Shown: piece by piece, positions 43,535 to 52,409 of the stretch | Position numbering within the stretch: the first letter of the stretch is position 1 | How the letters are laid out: each line of letters starts with the position of its first letter | From: an uncultured Gemmatimonadaceae bacterium | Lineage (GTDB): Bacteria > Gemmatimonadota > Gemmatimonadetes > Gemmatimonadales > Gemmatimonadaceae | Direction: 5' to 3' | Assembly: GCA_963790305.1 (NCBI GenBank) | Contig: CAWBOC010000009.1 | Coordinates: 480,001-544,000, forward strand | DNA: 64,000 bases | Translations under genes and position numbers: made by a program | Notes under the pieces: model-generated | The model's database searches: none | What the model was told of the DNA's origin: nothing | Seen by the model: only the letters and a program-made list of their open reading frames with translations

Positions 43535-43759
43535 CTAGGCCGTCGGACCGCTCCAGCGCTCCCGCAGCCGTCGAGCCGTATCAGGGCTCACAATGCGGAT
43601 GACGAGGTAGACGATCAACCCGACGATCGCGATCCGAATCGCGAGGCCAAGAAGAAAGAGCGCGAGACCAATGAGGCCCTTGAGAATGCCGAACACGAAG
43701 CTGAGGAGGAAAAGCCCCAGCACGGCCAGCGCGCCAATCGTGAAAATTGTACGAAGCAT
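43535..43759 (-). CDS. Small membrane protein (74 aa)
   Basis: Two hydrophobic helices and a basic tail. Confidence 0.75.
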   Translation of the reverse strand: MLRTIFTIGALAVLGLFLLSFVFGILKGLIGLALFLLGLAIRIAIVGLIVYLVIRIVSPDTARRLRERWSGPTA

Positions 43760-43783
43760 CTGTGTGAGCTCCAGGCGGTTGCT

Positions 43784-44894
43784 GTGAGTACTACGCGCGA
43801 GACGCGCGGGGTGTTTCAGCCCAATGTCGTCGTCGTAGGTGGCGGGCTCATCGGCCTCGCCTGCGCGGCCGCGGTAGCGCGAGAGGGTCTCCGTGTCCTG
43901 GTCGTTTCATCGAGCCACCCAGGCGCCGCATCCCCGGCCTCGGCCGGGATTCTCGCGCCAAGCGTGGCCAACATCGGCCACCAAGGACGCGCGCTTGGCA
44001 TCGCGGCTCGCGATCTGTATCCCCGATACCTCGAGGCGCTCTCGGCCCGCACCGGACTCCAGGTCCCGCTCGATCGCTCTGGCGTCCTGGAGGTCGCGTT
44101 CAACGAGGCGGAAGCCGCTATCCTGCGCGCCAGCCTGCAGAGCGGGACAGAGTGGATCGACGCAACGCAGCTCGGGGAGATGGAGCCCTTGCTCGCACCC
44201 GCCGCCGGAGCGGCGCTGCACAACCACAATGGCGTCGTCGACGCGGCCGCCCTTCTGGCGGCGGCGAGGGCGGATTGCGAGCGAGATCCGCGCATCTCGC
44301 TGACCGATGGCCGCGTGATTCGAATCGACGCGGCGCAGCGGCCGATCGCGGTCCAGCTCGAAGATGGCGTCCGGCTCGAAGCCGACAATGTCGTCCTCGC
44401 CGCGGGAGCGTGGGTGGGATCGATTCGGGGGCTTCCCCTCCCGCTCCCCGTCACGCCCGTCCGCGGGCAGATACTGGAGCTCGAAGGTCCGCGACTGCGC
44501 CACGTGGTGATGGGGGCGGGCGGCTACGTGGCCCCGCGCGGGACGCGGTCCCTCGTCGGCAGCACTATGGAGCACGTTGGGTTCGACGCACGAGCCACCC
44601 CGGAGGCCGCGGTACTGATCCGTGAGATCGCGAGAGGGCTATCTCCATCGGTGGCGTCCGGCGCCGCAGTTGGCCACTGGGCGGGGCTCCGTCCGGTTAC
44701 CCCGGACCTCCTTCCAATCCTAGGGGCAGATCCGGAAGTCCCAGGATTGTTCTACGCGTGCGGCCACTCGAAAAACGGCGTGCTCCTCGCACCGCTCACG
44801 GCGCACATCATCGGCCAGCTGGTGGCCCATGGGTCGACCTCCATCGAATGCGTCGCCGTACGCACCCGACCGGTTCGGCGAGGCGAATCGTTAG
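43784..44894 (+). CDS. FAD-dependent glycine oxidase (ThiO/DadA family), +1 frameshift near 44847
   Basis: VVGGGLIG, PVRGQ, WAGLRP, GHSKNGVLLAP; corrected end SIDASPYAPDRFGEANR*; start may be GTG 43811. Confidence 0.85.
43792..43818 (-). promoter_or_regulatory. Putative ECF-sigma promoter
   Basis: Minus strand TGAAAC-N17-CGTA (SigW-like), 33 nt upstream of the 43759 start. Confidence 0.55.
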
Positions 44895-45127
44895 GCGCGA
44901 CCCTTCTCGCGGCCAGCGGGTCGGACGGCACGACGAGTGCGGTTTCAGGAGCGATCGAAGAGGACCAGCCGGGCGGCATAACCGACGATTCAGCCGAAAA
45001 AGGGTTAGCAACTGCTACCGAAGCCAACCGCAACGGGATAGCTTACCGCTTCGTCGACGCGAACGCGGGTAACCGGCCACGACGACCCTGCGTTTCCACT
45101 TCCGGACCCTTCAAACCCGGGACGACA

Positions 45128-46045
45128 TTGGCCGATACGCTCTACCAGATACTTGGCCGTCGGCGAGCGGACCCCCTCCCCGAGCGGAAGCCCTCGTGGC
45201 TCAAGGTGCGCGCGCCCGGCGGGCCGAACTACTCGCGACTCAAGCACCTCATGCGGGAGCTCGACCTCCACACGGTCTGCGAGGAGGCCCACTGCCCCAA
45301 TGTCGGCGAATGCTGGGAGCATGGCACGGCCACGTTCATGGTCCTCGGCGACGTCTGCACCCGCAACTGCGCTTACTGCGCCGTCGCGCATGGGCGGCCG
45401 CCGAAGTACGACATTGAGGAGCCGGCGCGTGTCGCGCAGGCGATCGCCGAGATGCGCCTGCGCCATGCCGTGATTACGTCGGTCGACCGCGACGATCTCC
45501 CCGACTTTGGGGCGTATGTCTTCGCCGAAACCATCCGGCAAATTCATGAGCAGGTTCCGGGGTGCTCCGTCGAAGTGCTGGTGCCAGACTTCCAGGGAAA
45601 CGAAGGCAGCATGCGCACCGTGCTCGACGCGCGACCGGAGATCTACAACCACAACACGGAAACGGTGCCTCGCCTGTACAAGCGCTGCCGTCCCGGCGGA
45701 CGCTACGAGCGCGTCATGCGCATTTTCCGCTACGTGAAGTCGTATGCCCCCGACATTCCCACCAAGACGGGAATCATCCTCGGGATGGGCGAGACGATCG
45801 AAGAGGTGCTGGTCACGATGCGAGACCTCCGTGAGGTCGACGTCGATATCCTCACCCTGGGTCAGTACCTCCGCCCGTCGGCTGACCACATCCCTCTCGA
45901 CCGCTACGTCACGCCGGACGAGTTCGCCCTCCTTCGCCAGGAAGGGCTGGCGATGGGCTTCAAGCACGTGGAGTCGGGACCCCTCGTTCGGTCCAGCTAT
46001 CACGCCTGGGAGCAGGTGCAGGCCGCGAATCTGGTGACCCCATGA
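45128..46045 (+). CDS. lipA: Lipoyl synthase
   Basis: KPSWLK, CEEAHCPNVGEC, CTRNCAYC, VRSSY; TTG start. Confidence 0.96.
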   Translation: MADTLYQILGRRRADPLPERKPSWLKVRAPGGPNYSRLKHLMRELDLHTVCEEAHCPNVGECWEHGTATFMVLGDVCTRNCAYCAVAHGRPPKYDIEEPARVAQAIAEMRLRHAVITSVDRDDLPDFGAYVFAETIRQIHEQVPGCSVEVLVPDFQGNEGSMRTVLDARPEIYNHNTETVPRLYKRCRPGGRYERVMRIFRYVKSYAPDIPTKTGIILGMGETIEEVLVTMRDLREVDVDILTLGQYLRPSADHIPLDRYVTPDEFALLRQEGLAMGFKHVESGPLVRSSYHAWEQVQAANLVTP

Positions 46046-47160
46046 GAGACGTGAGCCGTTCACGCCGCCGTTCCCCTGCGCGCAGCGCGGGCGACGCTGG
46101 CGCATCGAATTCCACGACGACTGACATGCCACAGAAGAAAGGCAGCGAGCAGAACGGTGCGAGCGGGTCCATCGACGCCGCGGCGCGTGGTGACGCGGCG
46201 CTCCGCCGCGACCTGCTTCGGGAGATGCTGCTCATTCGGCGCTTCGAGGAGCGGTGCGCCGAGGCGTACGCGATCGGCAAGATCGGCGGCTTTTGCCACC
46301 TCTACATCGGCCAGGAGGGCGTTGGCGTCGGAGCTATCTCGACATTGCGTGACGATGACTACGTGATCGCGAGCTACCGCGAGCACGGTCAGGCGCTCGC
46401 GAAAGGGATTACCCCGCGCGCGATCATGGCGGAGCTCTTCGGCCGTGCCAATGGCTGCTCCAAGGGCAAGGGCGGGTCGATGCATCTCTTCGACCGCAAC
46501 GTGAACTTCCTGGGCGGACATGGCATCGTCGGCGGGCATCTTCCCATCGCGACCGGCGTCGGCTTCGCGATCAAGTACCGGGGCGGCGACCAGGTGTGCG
46601 TGTGCTTCTTCGGAGAGGCGGCCGTCAACAACGGCGCATTCCACGAGGCGCTCAACATGGCGGCGCTCTGGAAGCTGCCGGTGATTTATCTCATCGAGAA
46701 CAACCGGTACGGCATGGGCACCGCGCTCGAGCGTGCGTCGGCCATCAATGACATCGCCGAGCGTGCGTGCTCGTACGACATGCCGAGCGAGGTTGTGGAC
46801 GGGCAGGATGTCCTGGCGGTGCGTGCGGCGACCATGCGCGCGCTTCAGCGCGCTCGAAGCGAATCGATCCCGACGTTGCTCGAGGTGCGCACGTACCGGT
46901 TCATGGGCCATTCAATGTCCGATGCGGTGAGCGGAACGTACCGCAGCAAGGAAGAGCTCGAAGAGCACATGAAGCGGGATCCGATCGTCGTCCTGCGCAT
47001 GATCATGGAGCAGGAAGACGGCTGGACCGACGCCGACATGTCGAAGCTCGACGAGGAGCTCAAGGCGGTCGTTCAGGACGCCTGGGACTTTGCCGACGCG
47101 AGCCCGGAGCCTCCTCTCGAGGCGCTGTACGAGGACGTCTTCGTCGACACCACCTCCTGA
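46042..47160 (+). CDS. pdhA: Pyruvate dehydrogenase E1 alpha
   Basis: IGGFCHLYIGQE, GKGGSMH, FGEAAVNNG, ENNRYGMGT, YRFMGHSMSD; start may be 46126. Confidence 0.95.
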   Translation: MRDVSRSRRRSPARSAGDAGASNSTTTDMPQKKGSEQNGASGSIDAAARGDAALRRDLLREMLLIRRFEERCAEAYAIGKIGGFCHLYIGQEGVGVGAISTLRDDDYVIASYREHGQALAKGITPRAIMAELFGRANGCSKGKGGSMHLFDRNVNFLGGHGIVGGHLPIATGVGFAIKYRGGDQVCVCFFGEAAVNNGAFHEALNMAALWKLPVIYLIENNRYGMGTALERASAINDIAERACSYDMPSEVVDGQDVLAVRAATMRALQRARSESIPTLLEVRTYRFMGHSMSDAVSGTYRSKEELEEHMKRDPIVVLRMIMEQEDGWTDADMSKLDEELKAVVQDAWDFADASPEPPLEALYEDVFVDTTS

Positions 47161-47171
47161 TCACCAAGACC

Positions 47172-48155
47172 ATGCCGATCATCACGTATCGCGACGCCTT
47201 GAACCAGGCACTCCGCGAGGAGCTGCAGCGGGACGACCGCGTCTTCCTCATGGGTGAGGAAGTGGGCGTGTATCAGGGCGCCTACAAGGTCTCGAAGGGG
47301 ATGCTCCAGGAGTTCGGTGAGATGCGCGTGGTCGACACGCCGATCACCGAGCTGGGATTCGCTGGCGTGGGGGTAGGCGCCGCAATGGTGGGTCTCCGGC
47401 CGATCATTGAGTTCATGACCTGGAATTTCGCGCTCCTCGCGCTCGATCAGGTCGTCAACTCCGCCGCGAAGATGCTGTCCATGTCGGGCGGACAGTATCC
47501 CATGGCAATGGTGTTCCGCGGGCCTAACGGGGCGGCGCTTCAGCTTTCGGCGCAGCACTCGCAAGCATGGGAGTCGTGGCTCGCGCACATTCCGGGGCTC
47601 AAGGTCGTTGCGCCCGGAACGCCTTACGACGCGAAGGGGTTGCTGAAGAGCGCGATTCGGGACGACAACCCGGTCATCGTGCTCGAGGGCGAGATGCTCT
47701 ACAACACGAAGGGCGAGGTTCCCGACAACGAGGAAGTGATCGTGCCGCTCGGCCAGGCGGAGGTGAAACGCGAAGGGGCCGACGTCTCTTTCATCACGTG
47801 GGGAAAGATGGTGCTGGTCGCGCAGCAGGCCGCCGAGCAGCTCGCCAAGGAGAACATCGCGGCAGAGATCGTCGACCTTCGCACCCTGGCTCCGATGGAC
47901 GCCGACGCGATCGCGACCTCGGTAAGCAAGACGAACCGCGCCGTCGTGCTGGAGGAGGGATGGTCGGTCGCCGGATTCGGGGCGCACGTGGCTGATTTCG
48001 TCCAGCGCGAGTGCTTCGATGATCTCGACGCGCCGGTCCTCCGCGTCCACCAGGAAGACGTGCCGATGCCATACGCCAAGAATCTCGAGCGGGCCGCGAA
48101 GCCGGACGCGAAGAAGGCGGTCGCGGCGGCGCGAAAGGTCCTGTACCTCGACTAG
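47172..48155 (+). CDS. pdhB: Pyruvate dehydrogenase E1 beta
   Basis: MGEEVG, DTPITE, EFMTWNF, AQHSQ, PMPYA. Confidence 0.95.
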   Translation: MPIITYRDALNQALREELQRDDRVFLMGEEVGVYQGAYKVSKGMLQEFGEMRVVDTPITELGFAGVGVGAAMVGLRPIIEFMTWNFALLALDQVVNSAAKMLSMSGGQYPMAMVFRGPNGAALQLSAQHSQAWESWLAHIPGLKVVAPGTPYDAKGLLKSAIRDDNPVIVLEGEMLYNTKGEVPDNEEVIVPLGQAEVKREGADVSFITWGKMVLVAQQAAEQLAKENIAAEIVDLRTLAPMDADAIATSVSKTNRAVVLEEGWSVAGFGAHVADFVQRECFDDLDAPVLRVHQEDVPMPYAKNLERAAKPDAKKAVAAARKVLYLD

Positions 48156-48160
48156 GAGAG

Positions 48161-48217
48161 ACGAATACGGAATACGGAATGCGGTTACCGCGTTCCGCAC
48201 TCCGCATTCCGCACTCA
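48161..48217. repeat. Inverted 7-mer array
   Basis: acgaat acggaat acggaat gcggtt / accgcgt tccgcac tccgcat tccgcac. Confidence 0.8.
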
Positions 48218-48224
48218 GATACCC

Positions 48225-49580
48225 ATGGCTACCAAGGTCGTGATGGAGGCGCTCTCCCCCACCATGGAGGAGGGGCGCCTGGTGAAGTGGCTGAAGAACG
48301 AGGGCGACAAGATCGCGTCGGGCGAAACGCTCGCCGAAGTCGAGACCGACAAGGCGGTGATGGAGCTGGTCGCGCGCGGCGAAGGCGTGCTGCGCAAGCG
48401 ACTGCTCGGTGAAGGGGCGACGGCGCCCGTGGGGCAGCTGGTGGCTGTCATCGCTGCGCCTGACGAGAACATCAATGCGCTGATCGGGGGGGCCGGCACT
48501 GCCGACGCCAAGCCCGCCGAGGAGGTCGTGGCGAAGACGGAGGAAACCGCGGGCGCATCGTCGGCGCCTCGGACGACCGAGCAGTCGCAGGGCGAGGCGT
48601 CGACGCCGCCGCAGCAGAAGGTGCCAGCCTTTCGAAAGGGTACGGCCGCGCCGAAGGGCCAGGTGCCGCCGAGCCCTGCGCCCGCGACCGAGCAACCGCG
48701 CGACGGCGGCAACGGCGAAGGCCGCGCACGCACGTCGCCGCTGGCACGGCGGCTGGCGAACGAGCGCGGTCTCGACCTTCAGAACGTCCGAGGGAGCGGG
48801 CCAGGCGGAAGGATCATCAAGCGCGACATCGAAGCCGCGGTCGCCGGCGGCGGCACCGCGCAGCCCGCGGCCGCGGCACCGGCTCCGACCCGCGAAGGGG
48901 ACTTCAACGACGTCCCCCTCACGCAGATGCGGAAGACGATCGCGCGGCGGCTGTCCGAGTCGCTCGGCCCCATCCCGACGTTCTATCTCACCGCCGAGTT
49001 CGACATGGACCGCGTGTCCGAGATGCGCGCCGCGATGGTGGAGTTGGGAGACGAATTCAAGGTATCGGTGAACGACATCGTCATGAAAGCGGTCGCGACG
49101 GCTCTCGCGCTTCATCCGGAAGTCAACGCCCACTGGCTCGGTGATCGCATCCGCTACTTCAACCGCGTACACCTCGGGATGGCGGTGGCCGTGGAAGACG
49201 GACTGATCACCCCAGTCGTCTTCGACGCCGATCGCAAGCGCATGAGCGAGATTTCTCGTGAGGCACGCGAGTTGGCCAAGCGGGCGCGCGACCGCCGCCT
49301 CAAGCCGGATGAATACATGGGCGCCACGTTCTCCGTGTCGAACCTGGGCATGTTCGGCATCGAGCACTTCACTGCGATCATCAACCCGCCCGAAACGGCC
49401 ATTCTCGCGATCGGCGCCGTCGAGCGCAGGCCCGTGTACATCAACGGCGAGCTGGTCGCGCGCCAGCGCATGAGCGTGACGATGAGCTGCGATCACCGCG
49501 TGATTGATGGCGCCACCGGCGCGCGCTTCCTCCAGACACTGCGTCGGATGCTCGAGAATCCGTTGATGCTGGTGTACTAA
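48225..49580 (+). CDS. pdhC: Dihydrolipoamide acetyltransferase (E2)
   Basis: Lipoyl ETDKA, E3-binding SPLARRLA..GSGPGGRI, SCDHRVIDGA. Confidence 0.95.
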   Translation: MATKVVMEALSPTMEEGRLVKWLKNEGDKIASGETLAEVETDKAVMELVARGEGVLRKRLLGEGATAPVGQLVAVIAAPDENINALIGGAGTADAKPAEEVVAKTEETAGASSAPRTTEQSQGEASTPPQQKVPAFRKGTAAPKGQVPPSPAPATEQPRDGGNGEGRARTSPLARRLANERGLDLQNVRGSGPGGRIIKRDIEAAVAGGGTAQPAAAAPAPTREGDFNDVPLTQMRKTIARRLSESLGPIPTFYLTAEFDMDRVSEMRAAMVELGDEFKVSVNDIVMKAVATALALHPEVNAHWLGDRIRYFNRVHLGMAVAVEDGLITPVVFDADRKRMSEISREARELAKRARDRRLKPDEYMGATFSVSNLGMFGIEHFTAIINPPETAILAIGAVERRPVYINGELVARQRMSVTMSCDHRVIDGATGARFLQTLRRMLENPLMLVY

Positions 49581-49581
49581 A

Positions 49582-49647
49582 CGCGATTGCGGAATGCGGA
49601 ACGCGGAATCTGTAATGACGTCCGCATTCCGCAATCCGCATTCGGCA
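49582..49647. repeat. Inverted 7-mer array
   Basis: gcgatt gcggaat gcggaac gcggaat ... tccgcat tccgcaa tccgcat tcggcaa. Confidence 0.8.
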
Positions 49648-49670
49648 ACCAACAATCTCCGAAATAATCC

Positions 49671-51074
49671 ATGGCCTCGTTTGACGTGATTTTCATCGGC
49701 GGCGGACCCGCGGGGTACGTCGGCGCCATTCGCTGTGCACAGCTCGGACTCTCCGTCGCCGTGTTCGAGAAGGAGAAGCTCGGTGGCACGTGTGTCGTCA
49801 TTGGGTGCATTCCCGCCAAGGCGATGCTGGAGGCCGCCAACCTCGCCAACCACGTTCGACATGCCAAGGAGTTCGGCGTCAACGTGGGGGACGTCTCGTT
49901 CGATTACGGCGTGGCCATGAAACGATCTCGTGGCGTGAGCGATCAGAACGTGAAGGGCGTCGAATTCCTGTTCAAGAAAAACAAGGTGACGTGGACGAAG
50001 GGCACTGCACGTCTCGGTGGCGGGAACTCCGTCGTCGTAAAGACGGCCGATGGCAAGGAGGAGAAGCACGACGCGAAAAAGGGAATCGTCATCGCCACTG
50101 GCTCACGGGTAAAAGGGCTTCCGCAAGTTGGCCTGGAGCTCAACAAGAAGACCGTCATTTCCTCTGACGAGGCGCTCCTGCTCGAGAAGGCGCCGAAATC
50201 GATGGCGGTCATCGGCGCGGGAGCAGTGGGATGCGAGCTCGCGGACGTCTTCAACGCCTTCGGCACCGAGGTCACGCTCATTGAGGTGATGCCCAACATC
50301 CTTCCCCTCGAGGATGCCGAGGTGTCGACCACGCTCGCACGCGTGTTCAAGAAGCGCGGCATCACCGTCATCGCCGGCGCGAAGATCGGCAACGTGAAGG
50401 TTGGCAAGGACTCGGTGGCGATGTCGCTGGAGTCCGGCGGCGCGAAGAGTGATCTCAAGGTCAATGTGGTGCTTGTCGCTGCGGGGCGGGCACCGGTCGT
50501 CGAGGATATCGGGCTGAAGGAAGCCGGCGTGCAGCTGACCGAGCGCGGATTCATCAAGATCGACGACCAGTTCCGCACCGCGGCCAAGGGCGTTTTCGCG
50601 ATTGGCGACGTCGCCGGTCCGCCGATGCTCGCCCATAAAGGGTCGCGCGAAGGGATCGCGCTCGCCGAACAGCTTGCTGGCAAGCACGCGCACCCGGTCA
50701 ACTACGGGAACATTCCGAACGCGACCTACTGTCATCCCGAAGTCGCATCGATCGGCCTTACCGAGCAGCAGTGCAAGGACAAGAAGCTGGAATACAAGGT
50801 CGGGAAGTTCCCGTTCTCCGCGAATGGCCGCGCTCGCACCAGCGGCGAGACGGACGGCTTCGTGAAGATCATTCGCGATGCGAAGTACGGCGAGATTCTC
50901 GGCGCGCACATCATCGGCCCACACGCGACCGAGCTCATCCATGAGCTGGCGGTGGCGCGCGAGAACGAATTCACGGTCGAGGAGATCGATCTCGCCGTCC
51001 ACGCCCATCCCACGCTGTCAGAGGCGGTGGCGGAGGCGGCGCTGGACTCGATGGGGAGGATGATCCACGCGTGA
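49671..51074 (+). CDS. lpdA: Dihydrolipoamide dehydrogenase (E3)
   Basis: GGGPAGY, GGTCVVIGCIP, GAGAVG, HAHPTLSE. Confidence 0.96.
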   Translation: MASFDVIFIGGGPAGYVGAIRCAQLGLSVAVFEKEKLGGTCVVIGCIPAKAMLEAANLANHVRHAKEFGVNVGDVSFDYGVAMKRSRGVSDQNVKGVEFLFKKNKVTWTKGTARLGGGNSVVVKTADGKEEKHDAKKGIVIATGSRVKGLPQVGLELNKKTVISSDEALLLEKAPKSMAVIGAGAVGCELADVFNAFGTEVTLIEVMPNILPLEDAEVSTTLARVFKKRGITVIAGAKIGNVKVGKDSVAMSLESGGAKSDLKVNVVLVAAGRAPVVEDIGLKEAGVQLTERGFIKIDDQFRTAAKGVFAIGDVAGPPMLAHKGSREGIALAEQLAGKHAHPVNYGNIPNATYCHPEVASIGLTEQQCKDKKLEYKVGKFPFSANGRARTSGETDGFVKIIRDAKYGEILGAHIIGPHATELIHELAVARENEFTVEEIDLAVHAHPTLSEAVAEAALDSMGRMIHA

Positions 51075-51105
51075 TCGCGCCCACGGCGCTCTCCGAGCCG
51101 GAGCT

Positions 51106-51786
51106 ATGCAGCTTCTGACCACGCAGCTCGGCACCGTCCCGTACGCGATCGCCCTGGAGCTCCAGCGCGATATCGCGCGGCGTCGCATCACGGGAGAGAT
51201 CGACGAGGACGTGCTGCTCCTGCTCGAGCACCCGCCGGTAGTGACGCTCGGTCGTACCGCGAAGGAGGCACATATCATCTCCTCGCCCGAGCGTCTGCGT
51301 GCGCGCGGCGTCGAGGTGCACGAGGTCGAGCGCGGCGGCGACGTCACGTTCCACGGCCCTGGTCAGCTCGTGGGCTACCCTATCTTCGATCTCAAGCGAC
51401 ACCGGCAGGATCTTCACTGGTATCTGCGCCAGGTCGAGGAAGCGCTCATTGTCGCGCTTGGCGCAGTCGGGATCGACGCCGATCGTCACCCCGGCTACAC
51501 CGGCGTGTGGACGCACGGACGGAAGATCGCTTCGATCGGAGTCCATGCTCGCGACTGGGTGACCTGGCACGGTTTCGCGCTCAACGTGACGACCGATCTG
51601 TCCTTTTTCGATCTGATCGTCCCCTGCGGTATTCCGCAGGTGCAAATGACCTCCGTGGCTCGCGAGCTCGCAGCCGACATGACGGTCGATCGTATGTCCG
51701 CCATCGTCGCGGACGCATTCGGCCAGGTCTTCAGCCTCGAACCGCGCGACGTCGGTCGAGAGATGCTCGAGCCCGTGCCGCGCTGA
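51106..51786 (+). CDS. lipB: Lipoyl(octanoyl) transferase
   Basis: LEHPPVVTLG, RGGDVTFHGPGQLVGYP, KIASIG, HGFALN, IVPCG; start may be GTG 51071. Confidence 0.95.
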   Translation: MQLLTTQLGTVPYAIALELQRDIARRRITGEIDEDVLLLLEHPPVVTLGRTAKEAHIISSPERLRARGVEVHEVERGGDVTFHGPGQLVGYPIFDLKRHRQDLHWYLRQVEEALIVALGAVGIDADRHPGYTGVWTHGRKIASIGVHARDWVTWHGFALNVTTDLSFFDLIVPCGIPQVQMTSVARELAADMTVDRMSAIVADAFGQVFSLEPRDVGREMLEPVPR

Positions 51787-51929
51787 CCGCGCGCCCCCTT
51801 CCCCTCGCCTCTGTTCGAACGCGCTTCCCCGCATGTCACTGGAACCTCGCGCCGCAGCATCCTAGCGTGATCGGTCCGGCGCCAGCATGACTCGCGCAGT
51901 CGCGCCGGTGATCCGAGCAAGGAGGGGCG

Positions 51930-52331
51930 ATGCTCTCGTTTCGTGCGTTGCCGACCCTGCTGATCGGCCTCGCGCTCACGGGGTGTGGCTCGTCAGGCGG
52001 CACCGAGCCACCGCCTGCTCCGGGAGGCGGCCCCACCGGGGGAGGCAATACCGGTGTCACCGTGACCGTCAGCAACAATGACTACTCCCCGGGCCAGGTC
52101 TCGGTCGCGCCCGGCACGACGGTCACGTGGCGGTGGGACAGCTGCAGCGGCGACGGCTATGGCGGGCAGGTGTGCGTCGCTCACAGCGTCACGTTCGACG
52201 ACGGTGGGCCGAGTTCGGCGGCCCGGAACGATGGGTCGTTCGCGCGGTCGTTCAGCAACGCCGGGACCTTCACGTATTACTGCACGTCGCACGGGCGGGC
52301 GGCGATGGCGGGGAGCGTCGTGGTCCAATAG
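51930..52331 (+). CDS. Cupredoxin (plastocyanin-like) lipoprotein
   Basis: LTGC lipobox; HSVTF and YYCTSHGRAAM type-1 copper ligands. Confidence 0.85.
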   Translation: MLSFRALPTLLIGLALTGCGSSGGTEPPPAPGGGPTGGGNTGVTVTVSNNDYSPGQVSVAPGTTVTWRWDSCSGDGYGGQVCVAHSVTFDDGGPSSAARNDGSFARSFSNAGTFTYYCTSHGRAAMAGSVVVQ

Positions 52332-52357
52332 CGCGGTAGAACGTTCCGATGCGGGAT

Positions 52358-52391
52358 GAAGCGCGGAGCCTCCGTCACGGCTCCGCGCTTC
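52358..52391. terminator. Perfect 13-bp stem-loop
   Basis: GAAGCGCGGAGCC-N8-GGCTCCGCGCTTC. Confidence 0.6.
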
Positions 52392-52409
52392 GACGTATAT
52401 TCACCCGCG

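Noticed and set aside
43784..46045. Apparent 753-aa glycine oxidase-LipA fusion
   Set aside because: Artefact of the extra A at 44846-44851; correction gives a normal ...PDRF oxidase end (stop 44894) and a separate lipA
47073..50069. 998-aa antisense ORF and many other long shadow ORFs
   Set aside because: Opposite well-conserved genes; expected from high-GC codon bias; no recognisable motifs
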